Source: Klebsormidium nitens (taxonomy: Eukaryota > Plantae > Klebsormidiophyceae). From it: a stretch of DNA of 64,000 nucleotides. The translations under genes and the position numbers were made by a program. Numbering within the stretch: the first letter of the stretch is position 1; every line of letters starts with the position of its first letter. The DNA is taken from contig DF237243.1 in the NCBI GenBank assembly GCA_000708835.1, forward strand, positions 1 to 64,000, read 5' to 3'. Of the stretch, positions 1 to 10,400 are shown piece by piece. The notes beneath the pieces were generated by a model. The model saw only the letters and a list, made by a program, of their open reading frames with translations, did not search any database and was not told where the DNA came from.

Positions 1-1437
1 ACCTTTTCTACTTGGCTCAGTAGGCGGCAGTTGTAGGCGGCTGACCGTCAGCAGTGAGTCGGGCCGCTTTCGGCGCGAGGCAACTCAAATCGCGCGCACG
101 ACGATCCGTGGCACAAATTGCGGCTGCGCAAAACCCTCTACTACGGTGCGCGCCAGCCCATGGCTGACTCAGCAGATCAGCATGTGCTGCCTGGTGTGCG
201 AGAAATTCGGAATGGGCGCGCTCGCGTAAAACCTTGCTCTACCAGTAAGTGACTGTAAGTCGTCACCGATCTGGGCTGTAAGAGCCTGTAACCGAGTGCC
301 GAATGCATACATCAGAATTTCGACCATGACGTGAGGACCGTACGGTAGAGTCAACGAGTGACGATTCTCGCACGTATGTAAGGCACACAGACCTCATCAA
401 TAATGATCATCAGCATCAAACGTACCGTGTACGGTGTCCAAACACATTGCTAGCGTAGCGTGGCACATTCCTGTACCTGTACTTTAGTACCCAATTTCCC
501 TGTACCGACGAAAAGCATACCTACTGGCTACCTTCTACAGAGATACGCACATTAGGTATTGGAACAAATGAGACAGGCACCCTGATCTCTTTATCCGGGT
601 CTAGACCTGCAGCGCGCACGGCTGGTTCTTCCTGCAGGCAACACGCCAACATTTCCCAATAGTCTTGTAAGCGAGCAATGATGAATGCGGGCAATGGAAC
701 CGGCCGGCCTGAGACTTGTTGGACAGCTGTGAAACACGTTCTCTTGATTCAACTGCTAAGCCAGACAACATTGTCAGCGATTGAGCTGCAAACATCTTTG
801 AAAAATTTCTGTGAACAAGGCGAGCTGACAGTGAAAGTATCCTTGGGCAGTTTCAAGTCTATGAGGGACTGCGATTTCATTGACTAAGGTTAGTAAGGTC
901 ATCAGTGATACAGCCGGTTCGAAAGTGAGCAACGAAACATTCTCGGTTGAAAATCAGAGCGAGTCTCTTTCATGTTTCCAAACCTATCGCCTTTCCATTT
1001 CAAAGTCAGTCACAAGAGTCCAGAACCTGTTTCGCGAATTGCCAAATGCTTGTTGGGGCTTCTTATACTTCAATGGAAAGTCTAAGCCCCAGTAAAAAAA
1101 TCCCACACCCAGCTCTTCTATGGAGTGCTCTTGAGTTCCCTACCCAAGTCCTTTTCATTCAATACGCAAAGAGGACACGAGGAAATATAAGAAGTTTTTG
1201 GAATAATGACATGGGTACCACCTCCTCCGATGATTCTTTTCCAGCCTTGCATGCTTGAGTCTGCGCTGCAACGTACACAAGTTGATTTAGTCGATTTGCC
1301 GCTGCTACATCTTCCTTTCAATGTTTGAGTCAACATTCTACTGGAATCTTTACGAGTGTGCAAATGCTTTCGGAGACCGATCAGGCACTGGTTACTGTGT
1401 AAAAGGGACGAAGTTTTTCTTACTGATCCAGATATCT

Positions 1438-4400
1438 ATGTCCAAACCCACACCAAACCCATCTAGCAAAATGGGCAAGAATGCGCCAGCGGCAGGCAAA
1501 CCTGTTGCTTGTGCAATGCAGGTGAAACCCTCGAAGCATCTCTTAAGCTGTCCGGCCTCAACGTCTCAGATCGCTCGAGTTGGTGCACAATCCGGAACCC
1601 CCAGGCCCCAAACCTCCATCAACAATGCCCCCCACTCCACACCCCCCAGCCGCGGCTGCCCCTGCTGACATCATCTCCCCCGCCCGTCAGACGGTACTAG
1701 CGGCGGAAGAAACAAACGCCAAGAATGGTCACGAGTACCTGGGGGCCCTGTCATTGAGCCATGGGTTCATGCCCAAGCGCGAGCCGCTCACAAGCCTGCC
1801 CCCCAAGTTCAAACAGTGGGATGAGCTTGTCACAAAGTTACCGGAGCTCCATGCCAAGATGGGCGCCCGGGCTTTCATGGATGCGATGCCGGTTCTAAAC
1901 GCTGAGAAGCTTCCGGATGAGTATGTGCACCGGGCAGGTGAGTGCAGCAGGAGCTTCCCTCCTCAAAAGTGCTGTCAACGAGCTTCCTCCTATGTTGTCC
2001 TTGTTTTCAGATACCGTGAACTCCAACAATTTGAAGCTGCTCTAATACATGTTGGGCCTCAGGTGTCTTCTTGTCTTCTCAACCTTTGCAGCTGTCCCTC
2101 CAGAGTTTCATTTTCCTTGTTGCACCTTTGGCTGCTTCCGTTGGTTCAAGAACGCAGAAGGGCTCCTGATCTCAACTCCTTTGTGGTTCTGAAGGACACG
2201 GCGTCAAGAGGAATGCCAAGACTGTCAGCAGGCATATACACAGTTTAAACCTGATCCACCTTTCTCATCCACACCAACTTTTCCCTTCAGCACTGGACCT
2301 CAGCATTAGTTTGCAGCCAGACCTCTTCCCGCAAACCTGATCAGGGCCTCACAATTCCTACAACGACGACTGCCAGTGAACTTCAAATACATCCTTTGAT
2401 TCTTGATGGCCTTCTCCCCAACCTTCCAGTGCTGGTCCTCGGCGTTGCCGCCATGTCGTACTACAACAACGGCGTGAAGCACTGCGGGGGCTACCTCCCG
2501 CCAGCAATCGACATTCCTTGGGGGGTCCTCTGTAGAAAGCTGCAGCGCAGGACCCAGCTCACATACTTTGACAACTCGCTGTACAACTGGGAGCAGCCTG
2601 TGCCCGAAGGGAAGTCCCCGGGGGGCGGAGAATACGATCCAGAGAAGCTGGTAGTCCACAAGCTGATCCGGAGCGTGTCAATCTCAGGCGCCAGGTGCGA
2701 AGAGATCTTTTTCATGACCATGGTGAGTGACGGCAGGAAGTATGACCTGATCAGGTTTTGCATGTACTCAGCCTGTTGCGTCTTTTCTGAGGAGTCAAAG
2801 ATAGTTCTTTCGATTAGGAAGGCACTTTCACATGATTTCTACTGCCCAGAGAACTGACGCTTTCAAGTTTGTACTTGTACAAGGGATATAAAGACAAACA
2901 AAGGCTCGATGTCTAGCACTAATATTCAACAAAGTTCGGCAGTCCCTTGCACCCAGCAACTTTCACAGAACATGCTTTCATCCGGTCTGGCTCAGCGGAC
3001 GTCTTTTAGAAAGTTTGCGTGCATGTCAAAGGAGCTGTCAAGTGTGGTAGACTCTAGTGAAGCTCGCAAAAGCTCCAACAAGGGCCCATAAAGCTGGGGT
3101 GGTATGTCTTTACGCTTATATCGAATCAACCACCTTTTCCACTTTCTGCAATTTCGCAGAAGCAGCAGTAGGGATCTAAGTTTGGGGAAGCCCCTATAAA
3201 GGTCCTCACACAACAGTCCCTATGTACATTTCTCTCCGTTCCCCTTTGTGCAGCTGTACACGATCTCCAGCAGCACCCCGATGGTCCGCTTCTGCTGCGA
3301 CATCCAGGACGCAATTCTGCGCGACGACCCTCCCGCGCTCAAGAAGGCGCTTGTGGGGTTGGGCGACGCCGTTTTGGCGATGACCAACGCGTTTGACGAA
3401 CTGTCCGCACTGCCCGAGTCGGACAGCTTCTCGGACCCGATCGAGTGGGCGCCCATGGGCAACGGGGTCATCGACCGGCGCTTTCCAGTTGCGGGTACGC
3501 GCGTTCGAGTTGTGACTCTCATGCCGTTTTGTACTTTGCTTCGCTTCTACGAGGTTGATGGCTTGTCTACGCAATGACATCAGGGGTGTGAAAGTTGCTC
3601 GATCAGATGAATGCGATGCTTTGAAGCAGTTTGAAAGGTGCTTTCCGTAGCGCTCCGAAAGGCTGGTTGAGTCGTACTCCGTCTGAAAGAGCCGATCCTT
3701 GCGAGGCTGCTCAATGTTCGACGATTTTCCCCCTTCCGCCAGTATAGGCTTTCTTGATTGGACACTCGTTCTTCAATTTGAGCCGCAGCGAAACAGGCCT
3801 TCAGCCAGCTGTCGGCCCATTCACGTACAATGCTCGCACCAATCATTTAAAATGCCGTGTTCACCTCAGGTGTGATCGGCGGCGGCACCCCGGTGCCCCA
3901 GGTTCTGGACGTTCTCTTCGAGCGCCGCAACTTCAAGCACGAAGTGAGCGCCATACAGAAGGAGCTGCTGACTGTGTGCCCGCCGCATTGGGTCGCCTTC
4001 TTCTCCGCGCTAGGCGAGGTCAGCCTGCCGGGCTACGTCAGGGCGTCTGGCGACAATGAGCTGAAGGGGCTGTTTGCGCGGGTGAGCTCTCCGAAGCCGA
4101 GAATACTGTTCTCGCAGTATTTGCTGGGTTAGCTAGAGAATAATGAAGATGCAAACGACAACCTGTTCAAATCCGCTAAGGCATGTTCCGTCTGACAAGA
4201 CTTGCAGATGCTGAGAGATGTTCTCAGCTTCCGGTCCAGACTCGTAGGGCAAGTATTGACCTATTTTGGGACGAAAAGGTGCGAAGATTTGGACGTCAGG
4301 CTCTTGAGTTTCGAGCGGGGAAACTGTCAAGCGATAATGGGTCGATGCTCTTAGCCCGCAGCGGAAGTCCTGAAGTTCGAATAAACATTTTTCAGTCGTT

Positions 4401-7400
4401 GGGACACGCGCCCCAATGTTTCGCATGTATTACCGCGCCAGTGGACACGTGCACTTGGTCTTGCAGGCGCTCATGCTCTACGCTGGGAAGGAGGGCTTCT
4501 TCGGCCGGCATATGCTGAAGATGTACGGATTCCTCAATAACACGTTCCGGTGCGGCCTGCGGGGTCAGACTACCGGAGGCCAAGCGCACTCCAGGGTGTG
4601 GTCCCACGCCCTGGGTGAGCAGACTTCTTGAAGGTATCGAATATTGAGAATCTTATGCTTCTGGAGGCTCATGCGCGGGAGAGTGGGATGCACTCTTTCG
4701 GCAAAGAGTGTATCAGGGCAAGATTTCCTATCTTCACGAGCTTCGCTCTGATCAGCGAATCTCACCCGAGCGCTCTTTCGACAATCCGGGTAAGAGGCGT
4801 CTTTCACTGATAAAGCACTTCGCTTATCTCGAATTGCTCCTTCCCGCAAAGCCGCTCCGGAAATGTTGGTTCAGCCAATATTGCAATCCATCTGCTCTTC
4901 CACCCACTTGCACTTCTGTCGAAATACGAGAAAGGTAACTGACGAGGTCTACAAGCTCAATCCTCAAAGTGTTCCAAGTAAGATCACCGTTCCGTTCCAC
5001 AACCACCTATACTATTTGCAGTCGAGCTGGAGAAGACGCGGCAGGAGCGCATCACGGAGTACCCGTCCGACGTGTCGAAAGCGGTGGCATACATCCACGC
5101 CAGTGACGAGAACGACGAGACGCCAAAGAGCGGGAAGCTGATTCACTTCGACATCAGCGGGAGCGGGCAGGTGTTTCGGGTGCGCTACAGGCCTGAATTT
5201 CAATCTCCTTCTTCTGCCTGCCCACTATTCAAGATAGATATTGTGCTTTCAAGTATCTAAACAGCCGAGCTGACAAGAATAGAACCTTTGTGGTCAGACT
5301 GTTCGCTTCGCCACCTTGAAATGCACTTAACAGAGCGGGCTGCGTAGCCTTCGCATCTTTGAACAGCTTTTCCGCTTTTCATCTTCGCAGCAACTACGTT
5401 TCTGTCCTTCAGTTCGCATCATCTTGGGACGAAGTCCCGACTCTACTTTCCCTCTTCTCGTCAGCCCCGCGTTCCGTTCTGCTTCCCTTTTGTATGCTAC
5501 CTTCATTCCAAATCCGCTCGTCTCAAACTTATAGGGACAGGCCATGGAGCACTGGTAGAGTGAAGAACGTCCAATTAGTGAATCTCCTAATGTGGTTGTA
5601 GACAAAATCAAGCTCGACATAAGTCCTGAAATGTCATTGAAGCTTCAGAGTACCCGTTGTATGTTCTCGCTGTCAAAGTTCTGAAGTAGAAACCCTAAAG
5701 CTTTTTTTTGTCAGGCGGGAGACCGTCTGATGGTCCTGCCCAAAAACGAGCACCGCATTGTCACGCTGACGATCAACTCGCTCGGGGCCTCGGCCGAGGA
5801 CATGGTTCCCCTGGACGCCACGTGGCGGCGCGCGCTCGCGGGGTTCGGCAAGTACCGCAGCAGGGAAGTCCTGGAAAAAGTACCGCTCTACGAGTTTCTG
5901 GAGCGAGCGCAGGTAAGCCGCAAACTCCGAGACAGAGTGGTGATTTTCGCGGACCTTGAGCGTCCGTAGAGATTTTGAGGTATATAGGAGCTGGTTTGTA
6001 AAGTTTGCAACTACTCCCAAATCTGCCCGATCAACCAATCCTTCTCGATCAACCCTTGCTCTTGTCTAGGTTGAAACTGCCTTCCGCCAAGCTCGTTCTG
6101 CAAAGCTGAGAGTGCTTGATTTGCCAGCGCTCTTATCTCACCTTAGTTCCAGTGGATCATTCGTCTCGGAAGTGGATCTCATCTTGACCGCTGTTCCGCA
6201 GTTCCGCCCGGTCTCCCTCAGGACTGCGCGCGCCTTGCTGGAGATCGCTCCTTCGGCTACACTGCAGACACTGGTGGATCGACACCTTGAGGAAAGTAGC
6301 TTAACTCACTTCTCGAACACTCTTTTTATTGCATACGTAGGTTCAGCCAATCTGTCCCTTCTGTTCGAACACCAGATAATAGAGCCGTTTCAGAAACGGC
6401 GCCACTCTTGAAAGGATCATGTCTCATGTCTGCGTTGAGGACTTTTCACTAATTATCCAATCTAGAAAGCAACCGACAATCCACTCAGGTCTATGGTTGC
6501 CGGGATGGGTCAAGTTGCAGACTTGTCTATCTTCACCACTGTCGCACGTGAGTTACATTCCAAGAGTTCGACTTAGACTGCTTCCTACGTGCTGAGTCGC
6601 TTTTCGTCCAATTTGCAAATATGGAAGCGGATTGTCCACGGGAAGCCCTCTTCACGCCTTGCCGAACGGAAGCAATGTGCAGATTCTACCCGACTCAGGA
6701 ACCTGCTCTCAGAGGCAGCCGTAAGCGCTGACGAAAGCAGTCTCCTCGTTTTTGCAGGCCCAGCTTGAATTTTGGGACCTCCTTATTGTTGCGGAGCTGT
6801 TCAACCCCGGGTTTGACGCGGTTGCCAAGGCAGACATGCTGACAGCAGACCCGGACAGCCCCTTCGCGCTCTGCAAAGTATTGGCCCCCGACTCTCCACG
6901 CCAGTACTCCATCGCTTGTGCCCCGGAGGAGGAGGGCAAACCAGCGAAGCAAATCTCTATCCTGGTGGGGGCTTGGAAGTGAGCACTCCTGACCCATATT
7001 CATCCCCTCAGAAAGATGAAGCACAATCTCTAAATCTGATTGTGTGGTTTGTTGGGCCTAAGGGGAGAGCCTAATCTATTGGTCTACTTGTAGCCGGGAA
7101 CGACATTCACCTGATTGTTCTTGTAGTCAGTCAGTCGTGACAAGTTTCTCAGTCGGGTCGCTTCCACCGTCACATTCTTCAATTTTCAGCACCTCCATCG
7201 GACAGGTGCTCTTGATACGCAGGTTGATTTATCACGCTAATACGCTTTCAACAAGAATGCATTCTCTTCCTGCGATTCTGAGAAATGAGGTGGGAGTTGG
7301 GGACGTGTGCACTTTGGATCCTCGACCCTTGGGAATTGAGCCTGCGAAAAGGAACCCACCTGAGCATGGCCCCTGTTAATACGTCAACACCGTTTCGAAA

Positions 7401-10400
7401 TGCAAGCTACGACAGACCCTCCGTTCACTCGGTTTTGTGCCTCAGATACACCACCAAGAACAGCACCAAGCTCACTCTTCCCCTTTTGAGCGACGAGGCC
7501 GCGGTCATCGAGCGCCGCGGGGTCGCCTCCACGTTCCTGCACAGTCAGACGATCACCCGGAGGGCCCTGGTAACAATACAAACCTAGCCTCTACCCGACA
7601 TCTGAGAAAAAGCAGTCAAAGCGGATCTATAACCGGATACAATCGACTATACACGCGATTGTGATAAATGATGGTGATTTTTCTAGGCAACCACGGAACT
7701 CTGGGTCCTTGTGCAATCGTAGACAAGGAAGGGACCCATACCGTAGCGTTTCGCCCTTCAATATTGTTCCGTTTTGCAGTCGGTACACGCACCGAGCCTG
7801 CTTTTATCCTTGCTTGAGCTTCGATTTCTATTCGAACTGAAATCGAACTTGAAACCGTTGCACTTTGACTTGTATAACCACTTCAGTGAACAATAAGCCC
7901 TCGACTCAACTGAAAACGCAACCCAAACCAAAGTCTCACGTTCTTCCCACTCGCACCCACCCTACATTCCCTAACAACCGCCCTAGCTCCGCTCCTCAAC
8001 ATTGGCTGGACTCATTGACGTTGCGTCGATAATCTATCTTATTACTTCTCAGGGGGCGGAGATATTCCGCAAGCTCGACACCGACGAAGACGGCCATCTG
8101 AGCCTGCCGGAGGTTGCGTACGGGCTGGAAGGCCTGGGCTTCTCCAAGGATTCCGCCGTGGAGCTGTTCCGGCGGGCGGACGCGGACCAGAACGGAAGCG
8201 TCAGCATCGACGAGTTTGCGGAGTCCATGGCGTTCATGTGGCTGGGGTGAGGAGCCCAGAAGTCAAGAATCTTGAGCATCCAGTCACATCTCCGGGAACT
8301 TCGCTCTGGTTAGGCTTTGCTTCAATCGAGGCCGAAAAGTAATAAGGACTGCAACACGCAATTCGATCCTGCGCTGACTTAGCTTCAGGTTGCACACAAG
8401 AACGTCCCCCACAGGCTTAGAACTGACTCAACCAAATTCACGTCGGTAGAAGAGGTTTGGTCTGGGCTCTTCTCGAAAGACCTAAGACGATCTCCGCATA
8501 TCTGGCAAGTAATGGATATTAGGGGCAAAGCACGCTGTTTGCTTCGTAGCTGGACCGTGCAGCACGGGAAGAGAACGGCTTGCCATTACTGCATCCCCGC
8601 CGGACGGTGCAAGGCGAGAAGAGGAATCTCTGACAAACCCACTCGTCAAAATCTCCCCCTCTGTCTGCCTGAAGAAGACGTAGTACGTCATTTCTAACAA
8701 CCCTCCCTGACACACTTATTTCGTCATCGCCGCTAAACTTCAACAATCAGACCAACAACGACGTAACACTGAAAATATGGTGATCCGTCGCAACGTGCAG
8801 GGACGAAGACGAGGATGATGGCACCGAAAAGGGCGACAGTCGGACCGAGAAGCACCCCGTGCAGGTCAGCGTGGTGTCGCCGCCCCGGTTCTGCCTCCCG
8901 GAAAACCCCGCCACCCCACTTGTCATGTTTGCCGGCGGAACTGGTGGGTGCTTCAGCTCGGAATCTACTTTGATATGGTATTAGACGGCATTTAAAAGTA
9001 CCCCTCAGAGTACCCTGTCAGACTTTTGCATTCGCGTTCTGAGCCAATTCCCGCTTTCTTTCCTCTGGCCTGTCCTGCAGCTTGCGGGTTCGCTTTGTTC
9101 TCTTCCTTCGGAAGTCTCAACCGTCCCAGCACCTGGTAAAGCTCCAAAACTTACTTTATAGGAGAGGGAGGTCATATACACCTTGTCTCCAACTCTACAT
9201 TGAATGAAGGGCCATGTTCCGCCAGGCCAGGTCTAGTCGATTACTTGTCGTCGTCATGCGAAGTAAGAAAGCCTGGCTGCCGTGACGTGGATAGTGATCC
9301 TCAAATGTTCAAGTAGGTAGATAGAGGATTTTATCCTTCAATTTCAGTAACAGCGTCTTCGAATCTTTCCCCGCCATGCATGAGTCAGCGGGCCTGCTCA
9401 GTGAGTTCAGACGATTCATGCCCTGCGCTCACAGACTTACTCAGTAGGCGCGACTCCCAGCCGTTCTGAGATCTCCGGCAGCTCGCTCTCAATCTCGGTT
9501 ACCTCCAATTCCTCTTTTTGTTTTCAGCTACTCGGCCACTTTGCGCAGGTTTCTTGGCAAATGAGCAATTCCGTTTTCGTCGTGGGCATCGCGACTTTCT
9601 GCGCGCTGGGCAGGCGCTCTCCGAGCGCGCAAAGCGCGTCACTGATGAGTCTTCAGGAATTTCTGAAACCTGGCCACTCGCGCGACTTTTTCGGCATAAC
9701 ATCGATTCCGTTTCCGCTGCAGGCATCGCGCCGTTCCGCGGCTTTTGGCAGGCGCTCGCTGCGCGCCCAAAACGCGCCATGGTGCTTTTGTACCTAAGCG
9801 TTCAAAGCGAGTCGCAGATGTTACTGCGGGAAGAGATGGAGCAGCTGCAGCGCGAGGGGAAGCTGACGGTGCGCGTCGCGCTGTCGCGGCAGGACAACGA
9901 CATGGTGTTCGACAAGACGGTCGGAAAGTGAGTGCGTTCAGGCTCTTCTAAGCTTTCTAAGTCGATGCAGTACTTTCAACACGAGAGCGGAAACGGAGAG
10001 GAAGTAAGTGAGGTAATAGAAAACTTGGAGCTGTAAGCAATAAAAACAGTTGAGCTTCGACACGACAGCTGCCGTAACTCCATGCGGAAGAGATGAGAGG
10101 AAGCAGGGAGGGTGATTTTACTCTGAACATGATTTCCGGGTCGTTGCGTAAAATCCTTTTTGATTGTGGATGGATTCTTTTACTTTGGAAACTCTCGGGT
10201 GCCGGCCAGGAACGCCGTCGAATCTTTCCGTCTTGGCCATATTCTATATGTACCTTGCTTTTCTGCATCATTTGTGAGCTTTATGGCGGCTTTCAACAAA
10301 TGTTTCGTTCCTTCAACGCTTCTCAGGTTCGTCCTGAAGCCCGGCAAGCGCCGGCGCATCGACGCACTCATGGAGAGCGAGTGGGACGCCGCGCTGCTAT

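Noticed and set aside
837-844. GTATCCTT resembling a U12-type 5' splice site
   Set aside because: I found no TCCTTAAC-like branch site or defined exon pair to go with it.
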